From the IMG/VR virus record IMGVR_UViG_3300044627_003892: a stretch of 64,000 nucleotides of DNA; one strand, given 5' to 3'. The first letter of the stretch is position 1. Every line of letters begins with the position of its first letter. The notes under the pieces are model-generated. The model was not told the DNA's origin. It ran no database searches and worked only from the letters and a program-made list of their open reading frames with translations. A program made the position numbers and the translations under genes. Below are positions 1 through 12,700 of the stretch, piece after piece. This stretch comes from a virus (Duplodnaviria; Caudoviricetes).

Positions 1-69
1 GGTACCTATTGTCCCTGTATAGATTTTAGTGTGATATTGATTGTCAGCTAAATTGTAATAGTCAATCAT
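1..69 (-). CDS. 5' part of a gene running off the window edge (MIDYYNLADNQYHTKIYTGTIGT...)
   Basis: Manual translation: ATG at 69, 6 nt after the stop of the 61-aa ORF, open to position 1. Too short for the ORF track. Confidence 0.6.
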   Translation of the reverse strand, partial: MIDYYNLADNQYHTKIYTGTIGT

Positions 70-75
70 AATTTT

Positions 76-261
76 TTAAGCCCATGATGGTCTTGGAGGG
101 TTTGAATCAACAACTCGGTATCCGAAATTTATTGTCAAATCTAAAGTATTACCGTCTAAATCGGTTAATCTTAAACATTGTCCTGCCATCCAATCTATTT
201 CCATATATCCCATAGATACTGGCGAACCGTATTCAAATTGTATTAATTGGTATATTAACAT
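76..261 (-). CDS. small hypothetical protein (61 aa), possibly a fibre-tip accessory
   Basis: ORF track; its start overlaps the upstream stop (TAATG at 261), suggesting translational coupling. Confidence 0.65.
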   Translation of the reverse strand: MLIYQLIQFEYGSPVSMGYMEIDWMAGQCLRLTDLDGNTLDLTINFGYRVVDSNPPRPSWA

Positions 262-680
262 TAGTAGTCCCCTCCTATAACCGTTGCGTCAATACCACCA
301 GCGGCTGCGGCACCGATTGTTACATAAATTATATAATTAGGAGGTAAAGCAAACATAAGTGGTAATTCATAGTTGGTTGACGCTGCGTTGGTAACAAATG
401 TTGCATTTGCCGCAATTGTTATTTCATCAAATAAAGTGTTATTAGCTGCGGTAGTAGTTGTTGAACCATTATTAATCCAAACACGACCAACAGTTGCCGC
501 CGAATTTGCACCTGTATGTCTAAATCTTATTTTTTGCACATAACTCCCTTCGGTACCTGCGGTAAAAACAGGATAAACTGTACCTGAGGTTAAATCTCCC
601 GTATTATTCGCAGCCGTAATGCTAACATTCCACATAATCTCAGGTCTTAGTGTAAAAATTGGTGCTGTATTTGCTGGCAT
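261..680 (-). CDS. hypothetical beta-rich virion/fibre-associated protein (139 aa)
   Basis: ORF track; Thr/Ala/Asn-rich beta-strand-like sequence; directly downstream of the giant fibre gene, with a TATTTAT motif upstream. Confidence 0.7.
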   Translation of the reverse strand: MPANTAPIFTLRPEIMWNVSITAANNTGDLTSGTVYPVFTAGTEGSYVQKIRFRHTGANSAATVGRVWINNGSTTTTAANNTLFDEITIAANATFVTNAASTNYELPLMFALPPNYIIYVTIGAAAAGGIDATVIGGDY

Positions 681-709
681 AGTATTATAATAATTTAATT
701 TAGTTTATT

Positions 710-716
710 ATAAATA
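710..716 (-). promoter_or_regulatory. TATTTAT intergenic motif (candidate phage promoter core)
   Basis: + strand ataaata, 29 nt upstream of ATG 680; one of 9 exact copies in intergenic gaps. Confidence 0.5.
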
Positions 717-3700
717 TTATATAAAGTTAAAATTGTTTGCTGTTGTATAAACAAGTCCTAATGTGAATGTTCCACCCGCAGCTCCTGCAGCTCCTGAGGT
801 ACCTGATGAACCAGTAATACCCGATGAACCTGAAGTACCTGATGAACCTGATGTTCCAGATGTACCGTTAACAATAATAGTAACTGCACATACGTCATTT
901 ACTGTAAGTGTTGTATCACCACCATTTGTATATAATGCACCTGTAAACAAATAATCACTACCACTTACACTTACATTGTTGAAGTAGTAAATATCAATTT
1001 TATTTGAACCATTTAAATTAAAAATTAAATATACAATCCCTTGTGTTCCAACTAAGTTTAAAAAATAATCACTTAAATCTGCTGAGTCAGCAGTTACTAC
1101 GTCAAATTTCAAATCATACACCGCTACACCCGCTCCTTGATAAGTAAATTGACCTGAAGCAGGTGCACCTCCTGTCCCACCACCGTATTGGTATTGAAGA
1201 CCACCTTTATTACCTTGACTACCTGATGTGCCTGATGAACCACTTGTTCCTCTTGAACCCGTACTTCCGCTAGACCCCGAACTACCTGAAGAACCCGAAC
1301 TTCCACTAGAACCACTTGTTCCCGATGAACCTGAAGAACCTGAACTACCAGATGAACCTGATGTGCCAGAACTACCTGATGAACCACTTGAACCTGATGT
1401 TCCTGAGCTTCCGCTTGTCCCTGAAGAACCAAAACCTGATGAACCAGATGTTCCACTAATACCATCTAATCCGCTTGTTCCTGATGAACCTGAACCTGAG
1501 CTACCTGATGAACCAGCACTTCCTGAAGAACCGCTAGTTCCACTACTTCCTGTAATACCTGAAGAACCTGAGCTTCCACTTGAACCTGATGAGCCAGAAG
1601 AACCTGATGTTCCTGAACTACCGCTAGTACCCGAAGAACCTGTATTACCGCTTGAACCTGAACTTCCTGAAGAACCGCTAGTTCCTGAGCTACCACTTGT
1701 ACCTGTACTACCCGATGAACCCGAACTTCCTGAAGAACCACTTGTTCCTGATGAACCTGATGTACCAGAACTTCCAGTATTACCTGACGAGCCTGAACTA
1801 CCCGCACTTCCACTTGAACCTGATGTTCCTGAGCTTCCACTTGTTCCTGATGAACCTGTATTACCAGAACTACCACTACTTCCTGAAGAACCACCTGACC
1901 CTGATGTACCCGAAGAACCAGATGTTCCTGAGCTACCACTTGAACCTGAAGTTCCACTCGTTCCTCTTGACCCTGTACTACCAGATGAACCAGAACTACC
2001 ACTAGAACCTGATGACCCACTACTACCTGAAGTTCCTGAAGAACCGCTAGTTCCACTTGACCCAGCACTTCCACTAGAACCTGAACTTCCGCTTGACCCC
2101 GAACTACCTGAAGAGCCTGATGTACCACTTGAACCAGAAGTTCCTGATGAACCACTATTACCCGAAGAACCTGAGCTTCCACTTGAGCCAGAAGACCCTG
2201 ATGTTCCTGATGAACCGCTAGTACCAGATGAACCTGTGTTTCCACTTGACCCTGAACTACCAGCACTTCCTGAAGAACCACTTGTCCCTACTGAACCTGA
2301 AGTACCAGCACTACCGCTAGAACCAGAACTACCTGTACTACCACTTGAGCCTGATGTTCCAGAACTACCACTTGTTCCTGTACTACCCGATGAACCGCTA
2401 GTTCCTGAAGTACCACTTGTTCCTCTTGAGCCTGTACTTCCGCTAGAACCCGAAGACCCACTTGAGCCTGAACTTCCAGCACTTCCTGAAGAACCACTTG
2501 TACCTACCGAACCTGAAGTACCAGCACTACCGCTAGAACCACTACTTCCACTTGAACCAGATGAACCTGACGTTCCACTACTACCAGATGCCCCTGAACT
2601 TCCACTAGACCCTGACGAGCCACTTGAACCAGAAGAACCGCTAGAACCTGAAGTCCCTGATGAACCAGAGCTACCTGATGTTCCGCTACTTCCATTAGCA
2701 CCTGATGTACCAGCAGAGCCAGAACTACCACTACTTCCCGAAGAACCTGAACTTCCACTTGTACCAGATGTTCCCGAACTTCCGTTAACTCCTGATGTTC
2801 CTGAACTACCACTTGAACCTGATGAACCAGCACTTCCTGATGAACCACTTGACCCAGATGTTCCACTGCTTCCATTAGCACCTGATGTACCAGCACTTCC
2901 TGAAGAACCAGTTGAACCTGAACTTCCACTAGAACCACTACTACCTGATGTTCCACTACTTCCATTGGCTCCAGATGTTCCTGATGAACCTGAACTACCA
3001 CTTGAACCCGAACTACCACTTGAGCCAGAAGAACCTGATGTACCAGAGCTACCATTAGAACCAGAAGTTCCTGAAGACCCACTTGAACCTGAGCTACCTG
3101 ATGTTCCCGATGTTCCTGAGGTTCCTGAAGAACCACTAGTACCTCTTGAACCCGTACTACCCGATGACCCTGAACTACCACTACTTCCACTAGAACCTGA
3201 TGTTCCAACAGAACCAGAACTACCGCTACTTCCACTTGAACCAGATGAACCACTTGAGCCAGATGTTCCTGAACTACCATTAGCACCTGATGTACCAGAA
3301 CTTCCAGCACTACCACTAGAACCTGAAGAACCACTAGACCCTGAACTTCCTGATGTTCCACTTGAACCAGAAGAACCTGTACTTCCTGAACTACCACTTG
3401 AACCAGATGTCCCAGTTGAACCTGAACTTCCTGATGAACCAGCACTTCCGCTAGACCCCGAACTACCTGATGTTCCACTGCTTCCATTGGCCCCCGATGT
3501 ACCACTACTTCCTGAGCTTCCAGCACTACCGCTAGAACCTGACGAACCACTTGTACCTGAAGAACCGTTAGTTCCAGATGTTCCCGACGAACCTGAAGAA
3601 CCACTAGAACCTGAAGAACCTGATGTACCCGAAGTACCTGATGTTCCTCTTGAACCAGTACTTCCTGAAGAACCTGAACTACCACTACTTCCTGAACTTC

Positions 3701-6700
3701 CACTCGTACCAGCACTTCCTGATGAACCAGAACTTCCTGATGAACCGCTAGAACCTGATGTTCCAACGGAACCAGAACTACCACTTGAACCAGATGTTCC
3801 TGAACTTCCATTAGCACCTGATGTACCCGCAGAGCCAGATGACCCTGAACTACCACTACTTCCTGAAGAACCACTTGTACCTGAACTTCCGTTAGCTCCC
3901 GATGTACCTGATGAACCACTACTTCCTGAGCTTCCGGATGACCCCGAACTACCTGATGTACCAACAGAGCCAGAACTTCCTGAACTTCCAGTACTACCGC
4001 TAGACCCTGACGAACCACTTGTTCCTGACGAACCTGATGTTCCGCTACTACCCGATGAACCTGAACTACCAGCACTTCCTGAAGAGCCACTTGTCCCTAC
4101 TGAACCTGAAGTACCAGCACTACCACTAGAACCACTACTACCTGATGTACCACTAGTACCCGATGTTCCTCTTGAACCTGTAGAACCTGAACTTCCGGAT
4201 GAACCACTTGAACCAGAACTTCCTGAAGAACCAGATGTACCTGATGTTCCACTATTTCCTGAACTACCACTAGTACCGTTTGTACCATCAACACCACTTA
4301 ATCCTGATGAACCCGAAGTACCAACAGAACCTGAACTCCCACTACTACCCGATGAACCAGAACTTCCTGATGTACCATTTGAACCAGATGTTCCTGAACT
4401 ACCACTAGTTCCTGAAGTACCGCTAGTTCCTCTTGAACCTGTACTACCAGATGACCCTGAACTTCCACTAGAACCCGATGAACCGCTAGACCCTGAAGAA
4501 CCACTAGTTCCACTTGAACCTGAGCTTCCTGAAGTACCTGTACTACCCGATGAACCAGAACTTCCTGAACTACCACTAGAACCAGTACTTCCCGAAGTTC
4601 CTGATGTCCCGCTTGTACCTACAGAACCTGACGTTCCTGAGCTTCCAGTACTACCGCTAGAACCTGATGAACCTGATGTTCCACTACTACCTGATGTTCC
4701 AGTACTTCCACTTGAACCTGAACTACCACTTGAGCCAGAAGAACCAGCACTACCTGATGTTCCTGTACTTCCTGACGAACCACTTGAGCCAGTACTTCCT
4801 GACGAACCAGATGTTCCAACACTTCCGCTTGAGCCTGATGTTCCACTAGTACCTACACTACCTGAAGTACCACTTGTACCCGATGTACCTACAGAACCCG
4901 AAGAACCTGAACTTCCACTAGTCCCCGAAGTACCTACCGAACCACTAGTCCCCGATGTTCCTGATGAACCAGATGTTCCTGACGTTCCGCTAGTTCCTGA
5001 CGAACCAGAAGTTCCACTTGTTCCTCTAGAACCTGTTGAACCAGAACTTCCGCTTGAGCCTGAGCTTCCTGAAGAACCCGTACTACCACTTGAGCCAGAT
5101 GAACCTGAAGTACCAGATGAACCACTTGTTCCACTACTTCCTGAACTACCCGTTGAACCTGATGACCCACTACTACCTGAAGTTCCTGAACTTCCGCTAG
5201 TTCCCGATGTACCTGATGAACCAGAACTACCGCTAGACCCTGAACTTCCACTACTTCCTGATGTACCTGCAGAACCAGATGACCCTGAACTACCACTACT
5301 TCCACTAGAACCTGATGTTCCACTTGTACCAGTACTCCCTGAAGAACCTGATGAGCCACTACTTCCACTCGAACCTGAAGTACCAGTTGAACCCGAACTT
5401 CCACTTGTACCAGTACTCCCTGATGACCCCGCACTACCACTTGAGCCAGAGCTTCCAGATGTTCCACTAGTACCTACTGAACCTGAAGTTCCTGAAGAAC
5501 CAGACGAACCTACTGAACCTGACGTTCCTGAAGTACCAACACTTCCAGATGAACCTGATGTTCCGCTAGTTCCTCTAGAACCTGTTGAACCAGAACTTCC
5601 TGATGAACCTGAAGTTCCACTACTCCCTGATGAACCCGCACTACCACTTGAGCCAGAGCTTCCAGATGTTCCACTACTACCTGAAGTACCAACAGAACCG
5701 CTAGACCCTGACGAGCCAGCACTACCTGATGAACCTGAAGTTCCGCTTGTACCTACTGAACCCGAACTACCTGAAGAACCTGAACTTCCACTTGAGCCAG
5801 CAGAACCTGATGTTCCTGAAGAACCATTAACCCCTGATGTACCAGCACTTCCCGCAGAACCTGATGAACCAGTACTTCCTGAGCTTCCAGCACTACCGCT
5901 AGAACCTGACGAACCACTTGTTCCTGATGAACCGCTAGTTCCAACACTACCACTTGAACCTGATGACCCACTTGAACCAGAAGTTCCAGATGTTCCTACA
6001 CTTCCACTTGTACCTGCAGAACCTGAACTTCCACTACTTCCTGATGTTCCCGAACTACCTGAAGAACCGGATGTACCTACACTACCACTAGTTCCTGAAG
6101 TACCGCTAGTTCCTCTTGAACCTGTACTACCTGAAGAGCCAGATGACCCAGAACTTCCTGAAGAACCGCTAGAACCTGAACTACCGCTAGTTCCGCTTGA
6201 CCCTGATGAACCGCTAGTACCTGATGAACCGCTAGTACCTGATGTACCAACACTACCACTTGAACCAGAAGAACCTGAACTACCACTAGTCCCTGATGTA
6301 CCAACACTTCCTGAACTTCCAGCACTACCGCTAGAGCCTGAAGAACCGGATGTGCCTACACTTCCCGATGAACCACTACTTCCGCTTGACCCAGATGTAC
6401 CAACAGAACCAGAACTACCACTTGTTCCAGCACTACCACTAGAACCGCTACTACCTGATGTTCCTGAAGAACCGCTAGTTCCTGTTGAACCTGAACTTCC
6501 AGATGACCCAGTACTTCCCGAAGAGCCGCTAGTACCAGATGAACCCGTACTACCACTTGAGCCTGAACTTCCTGATGTACCACTTGTACCTACTGAACCT
6601 GAGGTTCCACTTGTTCCTACACTTCCAGATGAACCTGAACTTCCACTTGAACCAGACGAACCTGAATTACCACTAGTTCCGCTTGACCCTGTACTTCCGC

Positions 6701-9700
6701 TAGAACCTGAACTTCCACTTGAACCAGAAGAACCGCTAGTACCTACGCTACCTGATGACCCTGATGTTCCCGAACTACCACTAGAACCTGAAGTTCCAGA
6801 ACTTCCTGAACTACCAGTCGAGCCAGAACTTCCTGATGAACCACTACTACCGCTAGTACCTGAACTACCCGTACTTCCAGATGAACCTGAAGTTCCCGAT
6901 GTACCTACACTACCACTTGAACCTGATGTTCCAGTACTTCCTGACGTACCACTTGTCCCAACACTTCCTGATGTACCACTAGAACCTGATGTTCCTGAAG
7001 AACCGCTAGTTCCTCTTGAACCTGTTGACCCTGAACTTCCTGATGAACCAGAACTTCCACTTGAACCGGATGAGCCACTTGTACCTGATGAACCGCTAGT
7101 TCCAACACTTCCACTTGAACCAGAACTTCCTGAACTTCCACTTGTACCAGATGTACCTGACGAACCTGATGTCCCAACAGAACCAGAACTTCCTGAGCTT
7201 CCAGCACTTCCGCTAGAACCTGACGAACCACTTGAACCTGATGTACCTGAACTTCCGTTAGCACCTGATGTACCCGACGAACCACTTGAACCAGATGACC
7301 CCGTACTTCCACTACTTCCTGAAGAACCAGAAGTTCCAGAACTTCCGCTTGTTCCTACACTACCACTAGACCCTGAAGAACCACTTGAACCAGATGTTCC
7401 ACTAGTTCCAGAAGTACCAACACTACCACTTGAGCCAGATGTTCCGCTAGTTCCTACACTACCTGAAGAACCTGATGTTCCACTAGTACCTACACTACCC
7501 GATGAACCTGATGTTCCAACACTACCACTTGAACCTGAACTACCTGAAGAACCAGAACTACCTGATGTTCCTGAGGTTCCAGTACTTCCACTAGAACCTG
7601 CACTTCCTGAAGAACCACTTGAACCTGATGTACCAGAAGTTCCAACGCTACCACTACTACCTGAACTTCCACTTGAGCCGGTAATACCTGAAGTTCCACT
7701 TGAACCTGAACTACCTGATGAACCGCTAGTCCCTGTTGAACCAGAGGTTCCACTAGTTCCTGTACTTCCGCTAGAGCCTGAACTACCGCTAGTACCTACA
7801 CTACCCGACGTACCAGAGCTTCCTGAAGACCCTGTACTTCCACTTGTACCTGATGTTCCAGTTGAACCACTTGTTCCTGAAGTCCCCGTTGAACCTGATG
7901 TACCACTAGTTCCTGTACTTCCACTTGAACCGCTAGTTCCTGAAGTACCCGATGTTCCTCTTGAACCTGTAGAACCTGAACTTCCGGATGAACCACTTGA
8001 ACCAGAACTTCCTGAAGAACCAGATGTTCCTACACTTCCACTTGTACCAGCTGAACCTGAACTACCAGAACTTCCTGAAGACCCACTAGAACCTGATGTT
8101 CCTGAAGAACCACTTGTACCTACTGAACCTGAACTTCCTGAAGAGCCACTTGTACCTACTGAACCTGAACTTCCAGCACTACCACTAGACCCTGAACTTC
8201 CACTGCTTCCATTGGCTCCCGATGTACCTGATGAACCAGAAGTTCCGCTAGAACCTGATGAACCAGAAGTTCCCGAAGTGCCTGATGTTCCACTTGTACC
8301 ACGACTTCCTGTAGAACCAGAACTTCCTGATGAACCAGTACTACCACTACTTCCTGACGTACCACTAGTACCACTTGAGCCAGATGTTCCTGAAGAACCT
8401 GAGCTTCCAGCACTACCACTACTTCCACTTGTTCCCGTAGAACCTGAACTACCAGCACTACCGCTAGACCCTGAACTTCCACTACTTCCTGATGTACCAG
8501 CCGAACCACTTGTTCCTGTAGACCCAGACGAACCACTTGAACCCGAACTTCCTGAAGAACCACTTGAACCTGTTGAGCCAGAAGAACCTGAGGTTCCTGA
8601 ACTACCACTTGAGCCACTAGTTCCAGTACTTCCCGAAGAACCTGAAGTACCTACACTTCCTGACGAGCCAGATGTTCCTGAACTTCCAGTACTACCACTT
8701 GAACCCGAAGTACCACTTGTACCTGAGCTTCCAGCGCTTCCGCTAGAACCTGACGAACCACTAGTTCCTGAAGTACCCACACTTCCCGAACTTCCACTTG
8801 AACCTGAAGACCCAGTTGAACCCGATGTTCCACTTGTACCTGAACTTCCACTATTTCCTGACGAACCGCTAGAACCTGACGTTCCACTAGTACCCGAAGT
8901 TCCTGATGTACCAACACTACCAGATGAACCTGAACTACCTGATGTTCCTGAGGTTCCATTAGTGCCGCTTGAACCAGATGTTCCTACACTTCCTGAGCTT
9001 CCACTAGTACCTGAAGTACCTACACTTCCTGAGGAACCAGATGTTCCGCTTGTACCTACAGAACCACTTGTTCCTGAAGAACCTGACGTACCAGTAGAAC
9101 CACTTGTTCCTGAAGAACCTGACGTACCAGTAGAACCACTTGAACCTGTGCTACCGCTAGAACCTGACGTTCCTGAGCTTCCAGCGCTACCGCTAGAACC
9201 TGATGAACCACTTGTTCCAGATGTTCCGCTAGTTCCTACTGAACCAGACGTTCCACTAGTTCCAACAGAACCAGAACTTCCTGATGTTCCGCTAGTTCCT
9301 CTTGAACCCGTACTACCTGAAGAACCAGAACTTCCCGATGAACCGCTAGTACCTGAACTACCTGTTGAACCTGAACTTCCACTTGAGCCAGATGAACCTG
9401 AAGTACCACTTGTTCCTACACTTCCACTTGTACCGGCAGAACCAGAACTTCCCGATGAACCACTTGTTCCTGATGTGCCAGAAGTTCCAACACTTCCACT
9501 AGAACCAGATGTTCCGCTACTTCCTGAACTACCTGAAGACCCACTTGAACCTGAAGTTCCGCTAGTACCTGTAGTTCCTGATGAACCACTAGTACCTGAA
9601 GAACCTGATGTCCCACTTGTTCCCGCAGTTCCTGAAGAACCTGAAGAACCTGAAGTTCCACTTGAACCGCTAGTTCCCGATGTTCCTGTTGTACCTGAAG

Positions 9701-12700
9701 TTCCGCTTGTACCTGACGAACCTGAAGTTCCACTTGTTCCTGTAGTACCGCTTGTGCCTGATGAACCTGACGTTCCACTCGTACCTGAAGAACCACTAGT
9801 TCCCGATGTTCCTGTTGTTCCGCTAGTTCCTGAGGAGCCTGAAGTACCACTTGTACCTGAACTACCCGATGTTCCACTTGTTCCTGCAGTACCACTAGTT
9901 CCTGACGAACCGCTAGTACCACTCGTTCCTGATGAACCTGATGTTCCTGAAGTACCACTTGAACCTGAAGTTCCGCTAGTACCTGAAGAACCACTTGTTC
10001 CGCTTGTACCTGTTGTACCTGATGTTCCTGAACTTCCCGATGTTCCGCTAGTTCCCGAAGAACCACTTGTACCTGAGGTACCTGTAGTCCCACTTGTTCC
10101 TGAAGAACCTGATGTACCACTTGTACCTGTTGTCCCTGATGAACCACTAGTTCCAGAAGTTCCACTTGAGCCTGATGTTCCGCTTGTTCCTGAAGAACCT
10201 GATGTCCCACTTGTTCCACTTGAACCGCTAGTTCCCGATGTTCCTGTTGTACCCGAAGTTCCTGATGAACCTGAAGTTCCGCTTGTACCTGTTGTTCCGC
10301 TAGTACCTGAAGAACCACTTGTACCTGACGAACCTGAAGTTCCACTTGTTCCTGAAGAACCACTAGTTCCCGATGTTCCTGTTGTACCCGAAGTTCCTGA
10401 ACTACCCGAAGTTCCGCTAGTCCCTGTTGTTCCACTTGAACCTGATGTTCCACTTGTTCCCGAAGTACCACTTGAACCTGACGTTCCGCTAGTTCCTGAT
10501 GTTCCACTTGTTCCTGTTGTACCGCTAGTTCCTGAAGAACCTGAAGTACCACTAGAACCTGAAGTTCCGCTAGTACCACTTGTTCCTGATGAACCTGAAG
10601 TTCCACTAGTACCTGTAGTACCTGATGTACCACTAGAGCCACTTGTACCCGATGAGCCTGAAGTACCACTTGTACCCGTAGTGCCTGATGTACCACTTGA
10701 ACCTGAAGTTCCGCTTGTTCCTGACGAACCTGAAGTTCCGCTAGTACCTGTAGTACCTGATGAACCGCTAGTACCACTTGTTCCTGAACTACCTGAAGTA
10801 CCACTTGTTCCTGTAGTACCGCTAGTTCCTGAAGAACCTGATGTACCACTCGTACCTGAAGAACCCGAAGTTCCGCTAGTACCCGATGAACCTGAAGTTC
10901 CACTTGTTCCTGTAGTACCGCTAGTTCCTGACGAACCCGAAGTTCCGCTAGTTCCTGATGTTCCTGAAGAACCGCTAGTTCCACTTGAACCCGATGTTCC
11001 ACTCGTACCCGATGAGCCTGAAGTACCACTTGTTCCTGTAGTACCACTTGTTCCCGATGAACCTGATGTTCCGCTTGTGCCTGAAGAGCCTGATGTTCCG
11101 CTTGTTCCCGTAGTACCTGATGTCCCACTAGAACCTGAAGTTCCGCTAGTCCCTGATGAACCCGAGGTACCTGAAGTACCACTTGTTCCTGAAGAACCTG
11201 ACGTACCACTCGTACCTGTAGTTCCAGATGTGCCTGAAGAACCACTTGTACCACTACTTCCTGATGTTCCTGAAGAACCGCTAGTACCCGATGTACCCGA
11301 GCTACCTGATGTACCGCTCGTACCCGATGAGCCTGAACTACCACTTGTACCTGAACTACCACTTGAGCCAGATGTACCATCACTACCACTAGACCCTGAA
11401 CTTCCTGACGTGCCACTTGAACCTGAAGTTCCTGATGAACCAGTTAAACCAGAACTACCTGATGAACCTGAACTACCAGTAGAACCTGATGTACCACTAC
11501 TTCCTGAAGAACCTGTTGTTCCACTTGTACCACTAGTACCACTAGTACCAGCACTTCCTGAAGAACCTGAAGAACCTGTTGTTCCACTTGTACCACTAGT
11601 ACCTGCACTTCCTGAAGAACCTGATGTTCCACTAGTACCATTAGTTCCTGAAGTACCCGAACTTCCCGAAGAACCAGATGTACCTGTAGTCCCACTAGTT
11701 CCTGATGTTCCTGAAGAACCAGAACTTCCCGATGAACCACTTGTTCCTGTTGTTCCACTAGTACCTGAACTGCCACTTGAACCATTTACCCCACTACTAC
11801 CTGAACTACCACTTGAACCACTAATTCCTGAAGAACCTGATGTTCCCGATGAACCACTTGTTCCGCTTTCACCTGATGTTCCTGACGAACCACTTGTCCC
11901 GCTTTGTCCTGATGTTCCACTTGAACCACTTGTCCCGCTTTGTCCTGATGTTCCACTTGAACCTGTTAATCCACTACTACCTGACGAACCTGTTGAGCCA
12001 GAGCTACCACTAGTACCAGTACTACCTGATGTACCCGATGAACCACTTGAACCTGAACTTCCCGATGAACCACTTGAACCTGAAGTTCCTGAACTTCCGC
12101 TTGTACCAGAACTTCCCGAAGAACCTGACGTTCCACTTGTTCCCACACTTCCTGAAGAACCTGAGGAGCCAGATGTTCCTGATGTACCCGAAGAACCTCC
12201 AGTACCTGATAGTCCTGATGAACCACTTGTACCTGATGTTCCACTTGCACCATCAACACCATTAATACCTGATGTTCCAGCACTACCTGAACTACCGCTA
12301 GTTCCAGTACTTCCCGAAGAACCGCTATCCCCTGATGAACCAGACGTTCCACTTGTTCCTGATGTACCCGCAGAACCAGAACTACCTGATGAACCAGAAC
12401 TACCTGAAGTTCCACTTGTACCTGCTGAACCTGAAGAACCAGAGCTACCTGAAGAACCACTTGTACCCGCAGAACCTGATGTTCCAGAACTACCATTAGA
12501 ACCAGATGCCGTAATACCTGTTACAGAAATAATAGTTCCATCACTATTATATAATTCTAATGTACTTGTACCTGAAAAATAAGTACCACCCGTTAATTCA
12601 GTACCTTGAGCAAAAACTCTCCATCTCGCATTTTCTCTTGTAACACCACTAACACCTTCAATAGTTGAGCCTGTCCAAGCATTAATAAATGCCTGACCTT

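Noticed and set aside
1124-12496. Many minus-strand Val/Gln/Leu-rich ORFs (e.g. 9416..11416, 2504..4090)
   Set aside because: Alternative-frame read-outs of the same repeat, nested inside the 4135-aa gene.
2600-12500. N-G-S/T 'N-glycosylation sequons' in the repeat
   Set aside because: They arise automatically whenever Asn occupies the Y position; no oligosaccharyltransferase-like gene is seen in the window.
1203-12503. CRISPR array, satellite or simple assembly-collapse artefact
   Set aside because: No repeat-spacer structure; nucleotide units vary synonymously under a conserved protein pattern. Exact length still needs long-read confirmation.
1203-12503. Ice-nucleation protein
   Set aside because: Lacks the AGYGSTxT 8/16-residue repeat; the period is 3 with invariant Gly.
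1228-12582. 3784-aa + strand Pro-X-Y ORF (PDEPLVP...)
   Set aside because: Antisense shadow. In this frame N|GG always reads Pro, and a stop would need sense codons starting TA or CA (Tyr, His, Gln, stop), which the repeat lacks. The open frame is therefore forced by the sense protein.
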